DNA of 64,000 nucleotides from the human T2T-CHM13v2.0 reference genome, Homo sapiens, in NCBI RefSeq assembly GCF_009914755.1, contig NC_060935.1, one strand, 5' to 3'. The translations under genes and the position numbers were made by a program. Shown in pieces: positions 12,831 to 27,028 of this stretch. The notes under the pieces were generated by a model. It worked only from the letters and a program-made list of their open reading frames with translations, searched no databases and was not told where the DNA came from. Positions within the stretch are counted from its first letter, which is position 1. Each line of letters opens with the position of its first letter.

Positions 12831-15429
12831 ATATTGATATTTTAAATACCCTGTTTACCTCTTTTGCTACCAAAAAGTTGACTATTATATGTCTCTGTGA
12901 GAATCTTTTGTGTTTATCAAATTTGTTTGGTTTAGTCTCCTATATCTGCATATCACTGATATGTCTCTAATTGCAGGAGTTTTTGAAATATTTTTATTCT
13001 TTTCTCCTTAACTTCTGTTGCTACTCCAACTGACTCTATTGATAAACATAATAGTAGTACTGCAAGTGTCCAAGGATGTCTTGATTTTTTGGTGACCTTT
13101 CTTCTATTTTATTTAGAATGGATATTGTCTATTTACCTCTTTTTAAGTTGGTTGATTCTTCACCCTGCCTCTCAATCTTCTGTTGCATCTAACAAGTAAA
13201 TTTTTCATTTCAGTTATTTTGTTTCTTAACTCCAGATTTTCTATTTGATTCTTTCAGAAAAAAAAAATGCTTTTTTGATTTTCTCCTTTGGTAAGTCAAT
13301 CATTTTCTACAGTACTTTTTTTTCTGAAAATTCTAACGCGTAGAACTGTCAAAAAACAAACTTTTGTTCTTTATAAATTGTCCACTCTTAGGTATTCTGT
13401 TATAGAAGCAAAAATGGACTCAAACAAATGCTCAGGCAGCTTACAGTTCTGCCAAAGGCTTCACTTTCTCCTTTTGCAGAGCCTCAAGTCAGGCATGGTT
13501 TCAGCCTCTAGGTTTGACACCTGAATATCTGTATTTTATGAACCTCTACCAATTGCATATTATACACTGAACCATGAGGATAAATTTTCTTAATATATTA
13601 CTTCCATACTCAACTCTCAAATCTATTTTTAATGGATTCAAATTCTTTATTGATATTCATTTTTTGTGGATTTATTTTCTCAAGTACTGTAAACATTTTT
13701 CCAATTCTTTGAAATACTAGTTATGGTTTCTTTGAAATATGAGTCGGCTAAATCCAACATCTATGTCCAGTCACAGGCGGTGCTTATAGACTACCTATCA
13801 ATCATATCCAAGTATAGGTCATTATTTCCTCTTTCTGTTTTTAATGACTCAGATTTGTACTGAGAACTGGAAATTTTGTAATATATTTTAGCACCTCCAA
13901 AATTTGATTTTATTTATTTTTTTCCCTCTATGATTCTCTGTTGCTGTGTGTGTTTTTGTTTCTTTGTTATAAAATACCTTGTTTAGAATTAATATGCAGA
14001 ATTTGGCCACTAATTTATCTGCTCAGCATTTCCTTTGCATTATTAACTTTTAGCTTGACTTTCTAAGAGTTACCTCTTTGTCTTCTAGGTTAGTGGTCAA
14101 AGTTGTTCTAAAAATTTTTATTTCATAAGGCTTGCACCCTCTGCTGCTGACATGTGCCTGATTTGGGGAGCACATTAAACTGTATTAGTGTTCAAGTATA
14201 CCCCAGCATTTACTTTCCTCTTGAGTACTCTCAAGTCTCCATTATGTGGGTATTTAGGTTGTCAGACAGCTGGTGATGTGTAGGATATTGGAGTTTTTAT
14301 CAAATCCCTCAGTTGGCATCTCCTTTCTAGGAACTTTAAATTTCAGGCTAGTCCTCCCTGCTGCTACTTACCCCAACTATAATCATAACCTGAGGTTAAA
14401 AGAGTTGCGTTCACTACTGTGCATGGATTTTCTACCATTTACTCCAAATCTAATTACCCCCTACCCCTGCCTTTAACGTGGAAGTTGCTGGTTTTTGTGG
14501 ATAGGCTTGCTCTGGACAAAAAATAAACAAGGTAAAATTATCAGACATGTATCATAGTTATATAATTATATATGATATAATGCAGGTATATAATGCAGAA
14601 AGAAACACAAATGTTACAATATTGATATATCACAAATAAAAAGTGACTTAAATACAGCAATGAAATTATAACAATAACATATATGCATGGTAAATACACA
14701 CACATACACAAATTGTATGTGTTCACAGGATGACATTAGTAATATAGGACACACATATTAATAAAACATCAAGTTTTTGTCAAGACAGAAAAGAAAAATT
14801 TAGTTGAGGGTTAAATAGAATAAAAAAATGAAATGCTGCAATATGTAATAAAGAAAAAAACCAAAATCTAAATAATTTGTAAACAGAGACCTGATGGTAA
14901 GTCACAATAAAATAAATATTAAGATAATTTATTAATACTAATAAATTTACTGTGTTCTAAGTACTATTTTTATTTTTTATTTTTATAGGTACATAGTAGG
15001 GGTAATTATATCCATTTTTTATTTGAAGAATAAACAAAATTAAAATTAAATAATTTTATCCCTGATGAAATAAAAAGGAACAACATAAATGAGTAAAAAA
15101 GCAACACCTCTCCTTTGTGCATTATTTTATTCCATGTAAAATTCTTAAGTAAAGTAATAGGACAACGTTGAAAACCATCTCCACTCTGTCACCTTTTTGA
15201 GGAAACCACTGTGTATATACCACCTGCCGTGTATATACAATATTTTTTCTGTGAGCCTGCACTATAGATACAATATTTTAATCAAGAGTCCTCTGTGGTA
15301 CAAATGCAAATTTAAGCAAGTGTAAAAAATAGGTAACAAACAAGTAAATTTAAAAAAACACTTCTTGGCCTGCTATTAGGCCTTAGAAACTGAAGTCTTG
15401 ACTATCTTGACACATCATAAACTGCACGA

Positions 15430-15930
15430 TTTCTGACTCACTCAGCCATAAAGTTGGACATACACAGTCCATTTTCCCTTCTTCATAATTTTACAAATAG
15501 ATTTGTTCTCACTGCAGCTCTTAGCAACCTTAGCATAGGATTTTTTTTTTCTTTCATCTTTACACTGAAAGAAAGGAAGCACTTTATGCCTTCTCTTTGA
15601 CATATCTGAATTGCCAGCATCATAACTCTTGCAGTATGGGACATCATTAAGTAAAATAACGGTTATGTAACACAGTTACTGCAATACTGTGACAGTCATC
15701 TGATAACCAAGATGGCTACTAAGTGGAACAGACAAGGAAAATATACACTGTGGATAACTGGACAAAAAATGATTCACGCCCTAGGTAAGATAGAGTGAAA
15801 AAGTGTGAGAATTTATTGTGCTATTTTGAATGATATGTAATTTACAACTTATGAGTTGTTTTCTGGAAATTCTCTTTAACATTTTTGGAACACAGTTGAA
15901 TGCAGGTAACTGAAACCACAAAAAGCAAAA
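15430..15930. mobile_element. Tigger/MER44-family DNA transposon fragment
   Basis: gaattgccagcatcataactcttgca...ctgataaccaagatggctactaagtg...cagttgaatgcaggtaactgaaaccac. Confidence 0.55.
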
Positions 15931-15949
15931 AATAGGTATTCAAGTGACT

Positions 15950-18306
15950 GCTGTATATGGTGTTCAAGACTGAACAGGCCCTGAGGCACAAGTAAGTTAC
16001 ATGAAGAAATAGCCTGATGCACATGGTCCCCGCTCCTCCTACACTATCTTCTGTCTCGCAGTCTCCACCCATGGCCTCATAGAGAGTGCCTTATGGTCAG
16101 ATGACAGAGGAAGAAAAGACTCCAGTCCCATTTAAAGATAGTTCTGCATCATATGCAGACACCACCCTAAAAGTGGGCAACTGTAGCACTACAAGCCTTT
16201 TCTGGGACATTCCTGATGGACAGAAGTAAAGGGAAATACTCTCACTGTGCACAACTTTGAGTGGTGCACCTGGTGATGCACTTTGCTTAGAAAGTGATCA
16301 TGAGAGAACAGACATGCGATAATTATGATTACATATGGATTCAGGGGCTGTGGCAAGTGGTGTGGCTAGATAGTAAAAAACGTGGAGAGGACATGATTGA
16401 AAAATTAATGACAAAGAAATTTAGGGAAGAAGTATGACCATAACTCTCTGAATGAGCAAAAAACGTGAAGATATTTGTGTCCCATGTGAATGCTCACCAA
16501 ATGGTGACCTCAGCAGAGGAGGATTGTAATATTCAAGTTAATAGTATGACACATTCTGTGGATACTAGCCAGCCTCTTTCTTCAGGCACCCTGTCATCAC
16601 CCAATGGGCTCACAAAGAAAGTGGACATGGTGGCAGGGACATAGGTTATGTGTGGTCTCACAGCAACATGGACTTCCACTCATGAGGGCCAACCTGGCCA
16701 TAGTCACTGCTGAGTGTCCAATCTTCCAGCAGCAGTGAACAACACAGAGCCACTAATATGGCACCATTACCCAATGGGAGTAGCCAGCTGCCTGGCAGGA
16801 GTTTGGTTACATTGCACTGTTTCCAACATTTAAGAGCAGCATTTTGTTCTTAGTGCAATATATACTTACTCTGGATACAGATTTTCCTTCTCTGCAAGCA
16901 ATTCTGCCAAAACTACCTTCCAAGTTATAGAATGCCTTATGTACCATCATGATATTCCACATGGCATTACATATATCAAGAAACTCACTTCACAGATAAA
17001 GAAGTGCAGCAATGTGTCCATGATCATGGAATTCACTAGTCATACTCACCATGCTGCCCAACATCCCAAAGAAACTGGCTTTGAAATTTTAATTACAATT
17101 CAGCTAGATGGCAATAATTTGAATAGCTGGGGAAAAGTTTGCAAGAAAGCTATATATGCTTTGAATTAGTCTCCAGTATATTGTGCTGTTTTTTTGCCAT
17201 AGACTGGATCTAGGAGCCTAGGAATGAAGAGATGGAACTATGAGTGACACCACTCACTATTTTTTTTAATTTTTTAATTTTTTTATTATCCTTTAAGTTT
17301 TAGGGTACATGTGCGCAATGTGCAGGTTAGTTACATATGTATACATGTGCCATGTTGGTGTGTTGCACCCATTAACTCGTCATTTAACATTCAAGACACC
17401 ACTCACTATTAACCCTAGTGACCCACTGTCAAAATTTCTGCTTCCTGCTCCATTGACTTTAAGCTTTACTGACCTACAGGTCTTAGTCACAGAGGAATGA
17501 ATGCTTCCACCTAGAGAAATAGCAATAATTCTATTGAATTGGAAGTTAAGACTCTTACCCAGCCATTTTGAGCTCCTCATGCAACTGAATCAATAGACAA
17601 AACAGGAAGTTATCACACTTGATCCTGACTTTCCAGGGGAAATTGGGCTATTACTTCACAATACAAGGAAGAATAAGCCTGGAATATGGGACATTCCTTA
17701 GGACATCTTTTATTAATAAGAAAAACTGTAATAATAATATACGGAAAACTGTAATAGCCCAAACTAGCCAGAACTACTAATGGCCCACATTCTTCAGGAA
17801 TAAAGGTTTGGGCCACTTCACAAGGATAAAAGAACCATGGCCAACTAAGGTGCTTGCTAAAGACAAAAGGAATAGAGTATGGAAAGAAGAAGAAGACGGT
17901 TATAAATACCAGCTATAATCGTGTGGCCAGTTCAGAAATGAGGACTGTAATTGTAATGAGAATTCCATCCTAATTTTATTATAAATATGTCTGTGTATTT
18001 ATTAAGATGCTTTATTCCATTTTTTATTACCTTATTATATAAATATGATATATGGACTTTACATCAATATTTAAATATTGTTACTTTTACACTGTAGAAT
18101 TTTACTCTGAGAAAATCAGGAGAAGAGTCAGTATCACTCAAAGAATATATGTCCTGACTGGAATAAAGGATTAGTGAGTTTTTATTTATATGCCGGATAG
18201 TTGTGTCATGTAAAGCAAAACTATGACCTTGTTATTGTCTATGTTTAGAGAGACTAAGTATGGTTTAAGTACATGCTTATGTTTGCCAAGCTGACAAGGG
18301 GTGGAG
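15950..18306 (+). mobile_element. ERV-L internal region (decayed RNase H/integrase and 3' region)
   Basis: HERV-L-like motifs (tttgtgtcccatgtgaatgctcacca; gtggacatggtggcagggac; cctggcaggagtttggttacattg). Ends in polypurine-tract-like gacaaggggtggag directly before an MLT2 LTR. Confidence 0.85.
17262..17394 (-). mobile_element. 5'-truncated younger L1PA 3' end inserted in ERV-L
   Basis: T-rich tail plus tttaagttttagggtacatgtgc...cccattaactcgtcatttaacatt. Perfect 16-bp target-site duplication GACACCACTCACTATT at 17246-17261 and 17395-17410. Confidence 0.92.
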
Positions 18307-18739
18307 TAATGACGATTAAAGTGTTGACTTAACTAGGCTATATGATGCCCAGATAGCTGGCAAACATTATTTCTGGGTGTGCCTGTGAGGATACTCCTGG
18401 AAGAGACTACGATTGTTAGACAGAGTAACTATCATCCTCACCAATATAGGTGGGTATCAGTGCAATCAATTGAGGCCTTGAATAAAACAAAAAGACAGAG
18501 GAAGGGTGAGTTCACTCCCTGCTTAGGCTAGGACATCCTTCGCTTCCTGCCATCAGACATTGACATCCCAGATTCCAGAGCCTTCGAATTCAGACTATGA
18601 TGTACACCCTTGGCTCCCCTGGCTCCCAATATTTCAAGTTTGAACTGAATCTATACCACCAGCTTTCTTGAAGTTTGCAGACAGCAAATCACAGGAATCC
18701 TCAGCCTACATAATTGCATAAAACAATTCATAATAAATC

Positions 18740-18780
<41 letters not shown>

Positions 18781-18854
18781 ATCTATCTATCTATCTATCA
18801 TCTCTCATCTAACTATCTCTTCTTAGTACTGTTTTTCTGGAGAACTCTGATACA
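18307..18854 (+). mobile_element. MLT2-type LTR (3' LTR of the ERV-L)
   Basis: gacttaactaggcta...gatgcccagatagctggcaaacattatttctgggtgtg...tgtttttctggagaactctgataca. Confidence 0.85.
18747..18800. repeat. (TCTA)n tetranucleotide microsatellite
   Basis: About 12 TCTA units with one TCA interruption. Confidence 0.95.
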
Positions 18855-18899
18855 CTAGTGAATACAAACTGTCTTCTACAACTAATGGACAGCCTCAAA

Positions 18900-19060
18900 C
18901 ATTTTGTTATGCTCTCAAATGCTTTAGGAATTATCAATAAATTGCCTGCCATCTCCTCAGGGAGAGTCTCAAAAGATTAAAAAATGCATAAATTGTTCTC
19001 ACTGTGCCATGTGAGAGACACATGGAGGAGTCAAGACAGAGGCTTCCTTACAGGTAAAAA
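18900..19060 (+). promoter_or_regulatory. Candidate OR8K3 promoter and first non-coding exon
   Basis: O/E (EBF)-like TCCTCAGGGA at 18954-18963 and donor-like CAG|GTAAAA near 19053, 3.2 kb upstream of the ATG. Motif-based inference only. Confidence 0.35.
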
Positions 19061-21788
19061 AAAAAAAAGTAAGAATGTTTCTTGTGGTGTCATATGTTAC
19101 AGATATCTATAATGCTTCAGTGACATTGGAAAACTGCCACTTTAATTTGATGACATAACCATAGTAAAGTGTGACAATTTCTGATTCATTTCTCCGGGAT
19201 TTCTGTTACTCAATAATGCCTAAGCAGAAATAACGGTGCTCCATTTTTCATATGCTTTTTAAGTATTTTACATGGTTTCACAGGCTGAATGCTATAAGCA
19301 TCTTTGAAACATTATCATGATATTGTTTCTAAAGTATTCATTTTACATATTTTTCTCTAATTGAGGCCAAAACTTGGAGAAAATAAAGCACAATGACAAG
19401 GAGATAAATATATTTTTAATGAAAGAATGGAGAAACTGCAACTATTTGGTCAGTCATGTTCATGTCCTTCCAAATACTTGTTATTTAGATGCTCTAGGCT
19501 CTCAGACCCCTTAACAATAATTTAACACTGAATGATTATTCAAATAAATGTGTAGATATGATTGTTTTCTCACTGCTTGGTGAGTCAAAAAGGGGGTTGC
19601 TACCTTACATTCGAATGTGAAAAGCATTATTAAAAATTATGAGGCTTTTTGGGTAATCATAGGCACAGAAAAAAAAAAACATTTTAAAATAGAAGAAAAT
19701 AAAATTAGGAGACTGTTAAGTACCCAGTTTTAGGGAACAATACAATTTTCAGAAAGTACTTCAATTTCCACTAAGAGTTGACAAAAGCAGATATTATTTT
19801 CTCAAAGATTGTAGCTTTAAAAAATGCAATTGATATTCAACAAAGACAGCAAAATATGAAAAAAAGCAATCTGGTTCTTTCCACAGAACTCCAAAGATGG
19901 TGAAAGGAACCTCATTTATATTTCCTTACCTAACAAGAAAACAGGTACTTATCCATGATATTATTTGCCTTTCTAAATTGCCAAACTGTACAAAACAAGC
20001 AAACAAAATACAGGATTTATGCTGCTCATCATCTTATTTACTAAAGATATTTATCTAACTTTTCCATCTACTGCCACACATTACCATATATCTAATATGA
20101 GAAAGGTGTGTTCATTGAGTCAGGGTAGGATAGGAGTAGGTCATAATTTTATTTAAAAAATTAAGTTCAAATAATATGTAATCATCTTTATATTTAATGT
20201 AACACAATTGCTTGTCTTTATTTTTTCATAGCTCACTCTGAGATTGCTGTCACTATAATTTTCATTGTAAAAACTATTTTCTTTCTTTTCTTTTTTCAAA
20301 AAACATTGGGGCTTATGATTTTTTTTAACTAATAATGATTATCTTAGGTTATCATGCCCTCCATCTCCTGCTCTACTATATTTTAAATCTGTGGGTTATT
20401 GGGGGATATTTAGATATATATTTATTCGATTATACATATGTTAATTTGTATTATGTGCTATACCATATTTCCTAGTTTCTGTGGCTTGCATGTTCAGAAA
20501 AGTTTTAAATCACAGCCAGAAATCCACGTATATCTCATGTTTAGTGTATTCATTTTGTCTCTATGTTATTGTGTAACAAGGTGACTTTTAATCATTTCTT
20601 TAATCTACAGTATCCTTTTACCCAAAAAGTAGCTTTTACTAATTTTCATTATACAAAACCAATATGAAGGACCACATTTTCTCCCAATTTGTTCAGATTT
20701 CCTCAAACTCCCCTAAGATTTTGTATGATAAAACAAACTTAACGTTCACATTCAAGTTAGCATTTCTCAATTATATTGAGAATAAAACTATGGGAAGATT
20801 AATGTTTTAATAAAGTTTATATAAAAATAATTTATTTAAAATGTTATTAAATTCGTTGTGAAAAATAGATAAGTAATCCAAAACAATAGCATACCAATTA
20901 CCCAAGTTTAGTCATGAATTGGGGGAGGGGAGAAGAACTGCCCTAAGTTGCAAGTATTACATCCTACTTGACCTGTGACTCCCCTAGGCATCATTATGGT
21001 CCTAACAAAGAAGTTAATTCACAGTCAGAATAATGTATGTGTACACATGTAAAAAAAACCTCTTTCAAGTAAGGCATTGTCACAATTAAAACAAATAACA
21101 AGAAGAAGAAAACTCACAATGTACTTGATGTTTTAGAACTACTTCTAGGCAGCAAAGACACATTGAATCACTTAATCTTCAGTCATCCTTCCCAACAATT
21201 CTGCAATGACATGTTGGTTCTGGATATTAGAACAAACAGTTTTAGATAACTTACACTATTTGCCTAAAATAACCTTTCAAATATGACATAAATTAAGATA
21301 TAGTGTAGAATATATCTATATCCATATATTTCCTGATATTTTTTGCTTTGTAAATATAAATAATTGCCACTGTCATCTGTTATGCTGCTCTTACTCATAT
21401 GCCTAATATCTGTCAACTCTATTAAAGTCTCAGCTGTACCACCCGAAGAGATAAGGGTATTCACAGGATGATGTTTTGAAGCAGGTGGTTTTATGCATTT
21501 TTGGAATCTGTGACAGAAATTTTTTATATAACTAAAATTGTATTATGTCACAATTTTAATCTATAAATATGACCAAGCTCTAAAAACATAGTACAATAAT
21601 TGTTCATATATCAGATATCCACGGTATTAACAATGTTTTTAACTTTAAAATTTTTCTTTATATATCTATACAGACATGAATATCTGTATCTCTTTCTCTC
21701 TCTCTCATATGATTCTATCTGTTCATCCATAATCTATCTATCTACCCATTAACTATCTATCTATCATCTGTCTATTCATGTATCTCAT

Positions 21789-21990
21789 CAGAGTTTCTCA
21801 ACCTTAGCACTATTGATATTTGGGGTTGGGTATTGCGATGGGCTGAGTATTGATTATAGTGGAATGTTTAGCAGCTTACTGGCTTCTAACCTTTAGATGC
21901 AACAGTGGCCCACCTCCAAATTGTGATAAATAAAATGTCTCTAGACATTAGAAAATGTTTTTGGGTGAGTAAAATCAAAAGCAACTGAAA
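21789..21990 (+). mobile_element. MER20 (hAT) DNA transposon relic
   Basis: cagagtttctcaaccttagcactattgatattttgggg...aaaatgtctctagacattag. Confidence 0.8.
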
Positions 21991-22193
21991 ACTGCTGATC
22001 TGCCTTATCTCTTTCTTAAATTATTTAAACATGTTTTTATTTGTGAGAGGTATGTTTTCAAATGTCGCAAATTGTGAAATTTAGGTATATCTTCTGTTAG
22101 CTTTGCATACTAAAAAATTTCTCAGGTGATGATAGAGGAAAGCTATTGACAATGCCGATGTCTCTATCAGAATAGGTTTTCTGATGAACCTGG

Positions 22194-23132
22194 ATGGAAC
22201 AACACAATCTAACAACGGTGAATGAATTCATTCTTACGGGAATCACAGATATCGCTGAGCTGCAGGCACCATTATTTGCATTGTTCCTCATGATCTATGT
22301 GATCTCAGTGATGGGCAATTTGGGCATGATTGTCCTCACCAAGTTGGACTCCAGGTTGCAAACCCCTATGTACTTTTTTCTCAGACATCTGGCTTTCATG
22401 GATCTTGGTTATTCAACAACTGTGGGACCCAAAATGTTAGTAAATTTTGTTGTGGATAAGAATATAATTTCTTATTATTTTTGTGCAACACAGCTAGCTT
22501 TCTTTCTTGTGTTCATTGGTAGTGAACTTTTTATTCTCTCAGCCATGTCCTACGACCGCTATGTGGCCATCTGTAACCCTCTGCTATACACAGTAATCAT
22601 GTCACGAAGGGTATGTCAGGTGCTGGTAGCAATCCCTTACCTCTATTGCACATTCATTTCTCTTCTAGTCACCATAAAGATTTTTACTTTATCCTTCTGT
22701 GGCTACAACGTCATTAGTCATTTCTACTGTGACAGTCTCCCTTTGTTACCTTTGCTTTGTTCAAATACACATGAAATTGAATTGATAATTCTGATCTTTG
22801 CAGCTATTGATTTGATTTCATCTCTTCTGATAGTTCTTTTATCTTACCTGCTCATCCTTGTAGCCATTCTCAGGATGAATTCTGCTGGCAGACAAAAGGC
22901 TTTTTCTACCTGTGGAGCCCACCTGACAGTGGTCATAGTGTTCTATGGGACTTTGCTTTTCATGTACGTGCAGCCCAAGTCCAGTCATTCCTTTGACACT
23001 GATAAAGTGGCTTCCATATTTTACACCCTGGTTATCCCCATGTTGAATCCCTTGATCTATAGTTTACGAAACAAAGATGTAAAATATGCCCTACGAAGGA
23101 CATGGAATAACTTATGTAATATTTTTGTTTAA
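22194..23132 (+). CDS. OR8K3: Olfactory receptor 8K3, intact 312-aa 7TM GPCR
   Basis: Single-exon ATG-to-TAA ORF with N-glycosylation site NLT and motifs [38 protein letters not shown] and [17 protein letters not shown]-terminus [14 protein letters not shown] recognised. Confidence 0.95.
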   Translation: MEQHNLTTVNEFILTGITDIAELQAPLFALFLMIYVISVMGNLGMIVLTKLDSRLQTPMYFFLRHLAFMDLGYSTTVGPKMLVNFVVDKNIISYYFCATQLAFFLVFIGSELFILSAMSYDRYVAICNPLLYTVIMSRRVCQVLVAIPYLYCTFISLLVTIKIFTLSFCGYNVISHFYCDSLPLLPLLCSNTHEIELIILIFAAIDLISSLLIVLLSYLLILVAILRMNSAGRQKAFSTCGAHLTVVIVFYGTLLFMYVQPKSSHSFDTDKVASIFYTLVIPMLNPLIYSLRNKDVKYALRRTWNNLCNIFV

Positions 23133-24789
23133 ATTTTGTACAATATGATTCCTATAAATTAGGTTATGGGCATGAATTTTTGCTCTGCATACTTCCAGAA
23201 GACATAACAAGCATAACTGATTCAACATATATTTACATATGTCTCATACATGATAGGCTCTTCTAATTGCTATACATAGATTAATAAACAAAATAGTAGA
23301 AATCTTTGCCTTCCTTGATGGATAGATGAATTGTATTCACAATAAGTCCATTTTATATAACAGTAGAATGTGCACGATGGATATAGACAAAGAAAAAAGG
23401 GAGACAAGGAAAGCTAGTATGCTGGGTGGCAGTAGGAAACAGTGGTCATTACAGAAGGGAGTTACGAGGATTCCAGTGTTTTTTATCTGCTACTGGAATA
23501 AAATTTACAGTGTGTGTGCTTCTGTATGTTTCTGTTTGTGTGTTTTTGTGTATATAAGCATTTTCCTTCTGTTTTAGCCTTCATACTTTTTGCTTGTATA
23601 TTCTGACATTGCATTTAATACTGGTTGTTTAGATGATATGTGATGATTTTAAGTCTTACAGATGTGCTCGAATAATTACTATTCCGAATATTAGGATCCT
23701 ACTATTTCCTTATCAATGTTTTTATTTCCACATAGAAGTCTGTTAACTGAACATACTTTGTAGCTCAATAATCGGTAAATTCTGATTAGCACCTGATTTT
23801 GTTTCAGTTAGCCCATTCTGTTTACATGAGTAGATATATCAATTATGCTTAAGTTTAGAAGACATCCATAGAAATTCTCAGGTTTATTCTTTCTCTCTAG
23901 TTGTTCTTGCTTAATAACTGCCTTTTTCACAGATTTTCCCGTTATTTAGCTAAAAAAAAGTAATAAACTGTGGTTAAAATTTGTGTTCCAGTTGTTTTTA
24001 CATCTTTGAGGAGGGGGACCATTCTATGATGAATTAACTTTGTAGTCTCTCACTGAGTTGACAATCCATAATTTTTATCAATATGCACTATATCGAATGC
24101 ACTATATTTTCATTTACTTCACTGTTTGATTGCATCAGTTGATTTTTCTACTTGTACAAAGCAAATAAAAGTAATAAAATGCACTACACCATACTGTATC
24201 TATCTGCTGGCTATTACAGATGTCCTTTGACAGTTACAGACCTTCACCATGCAAGTGAGGTCTGATCTGTATGCAATGATATCGTTATCTTGCCTTTTAA
24301 ACATGGTTGCTTTCCTTAACTCCATATGTTTTCTTATGTATTTTGATTTCCTGTATTCTTTTTAATAATCCTAAGAATTTATTGAAAGTATCAGAGTCTA
24401 CAATATTTTCTTGGTTCACCATCATAAAATAAAATCCCATGTGCAGCCAAAGAAACACTAATGAATATATCTCATTGGAATAAATTAAACATTGCATAGC
24501 ACATTGTCATGTGAGGATAAATATTACCATATTGTTGCTGTACTGAAAATGAATCTTTAAGATGGTCATAGAAATTACCAGGTAGTAATAATATCTCACA
24601 CTTACTATTATATTATAGAGATTCTACATGTCTCAATTAATTTAGCCATCACAACAGCTCTTTGAGGTAGGTTCTATTAAAAGTTCCATTTTTAGGATGA
24701 TAAAGTAGAGCCTAGATACAGTAAGTAAGTTGTCAGAGATCACCAAGGTAATGAGTATTAGAATCAGGTTTTGTTGTATTTTTGCTCGT

Positions 24790-25446
<657 letters not shown>

Positions 25447-26639
25447 TATTTTGTCTCTTAATGTCATTTGTATGCTTCACTGATGTTACCCTGAGATGTG
25501 ACAGAGCAAAACCTCACTTTGGCAGATTTGGTATTAGAAGAGAAAAAGAGCAGAGGGGTCAATTACAGGAAGAATACATGCTGGGGATCCATTGTACCAC
25601 ATGGTGATTGTAGTTTATAATACTGAACTTTTTACTTGAAATTTGATGGAAGAACAGATTCCAAATGTCTTCACCACACATACACACACATACACACATA
25701 AACACATGCACACACATATGCAGGGTGAACTATAGGTGGTAACAGATGTGCTAATTAATGTTATTTTAGTAATCCTTAAACAACATAGTCATATATAAAA
25801 TTATCACACTGTGCACCTTGAAAATATATTTTTGTCAATGAAATATTTTCAAATAAGAAAATAAATGAAAGCAGTGAACTATGTGACACATAAAATTAAT
25901 TTACAAAATACATAATCAAAAAGAAAATTGACTCAGAAATGTAAACTTATCAGTCCATTTTGACATTTTGAAAGAGTGTTTATGCTCAAGTAGAAAGCCA
26001 TCAAAAAGTAGAGTTTGAGTAGAGTTGTAATAAATTGCAGAGGATGAGGATAGCAGAAATTAGCATTAAGTAGTCAGTAATATGCTGAAGACAAATAAAT
26101 AATCAGGCAGATTTTCTTTATTTCTATCCTAATAAGTTCAACCATCTTTGAGAAAGAAAGATTGAGGTTGTTTTCTTAATAGGGGAAGGGACCCTCCTAG
26201 GAAAAGATGAGGAAGGACGATGACAATTTGGCAAATCCTCAGACTCCCTGGACACAGAGTAAATTACTATTGAGCTGAACAGGCATGCCACAAGGTAGAG
26301 AAGTTTCAGACATCATGAAACAGGAGGAACTATATTCTAATTTCCAGTATATGTGATTGATGCATCTTGGAACAATGAGGACCACATCGTTCACAGTGGC
26401 ATATAGTGTTTTCCCCATTTTCCAGTATGTCATATTTGAGCATAGGTTGACATCATGTTTAGTTAATCTTACCTTTATAAGTTCCCTGATGAGGATGAAA
26501 CTATTTGTATATTCTTTAAGTCCCAGCTAAAACACTAGGACACATGATATAATATATGAAATAATAATAACAGGTACTTGTGGCCTGTGGGGGTCAGATT
26601 TAGATCTCAAAGAAATTGCCTAACATTCTGCCCCAGAAA

Positions 26640-27028
26640 ACAACATTTAAAATAAAAAAAAAAATCAATCCCAAAATTATCAGAAGGAAACAAAAAAGAT
26701 CAGAACAGAAATAAATACAGTAAAGAATAGAAAAATATAGAAAAAATAACAAAAAGAAGAGTTGGCATTTTGAAAAAATAAAATTGGCAAACTTTCAGCT
26801 TGGCTAACCAAGAGGGAAGAGTAAAATAAAATTATAAGTGAAAGTGGAGCCATTACAACTGATATCTCAGAAATAAAATGGATGAGGGACTATTACGAAC
26901 AATCATATGCCAATAAATTGAATAATTGAGGAAATGAATAAATTCCTAGCAAAATACAATCTACCAATATTAAATCAGACATAAATAAAGAGCCTGAAAA
27001 AACCCAACAAATATAGAGATTGAAGTAG
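26640..27028 (+). mobile_element. Old LINE-1 ORF2 fragment (resumes at about 29520-29640)
   Basis: A-rich L1 ORF2 sequence ends at gagattgaagtag and continues with taattaaaaacctcccaacaag after the THE1 element. Confidence 0.8.

Noticed and set aside
26239-26433. Faint OR TM2-TM3 resemblance (LIVPRC...FMMSETSLPCGMP)
   Set aside because: No diagnostic OR motif survives. It cannot be separated from chance without an HMM search.
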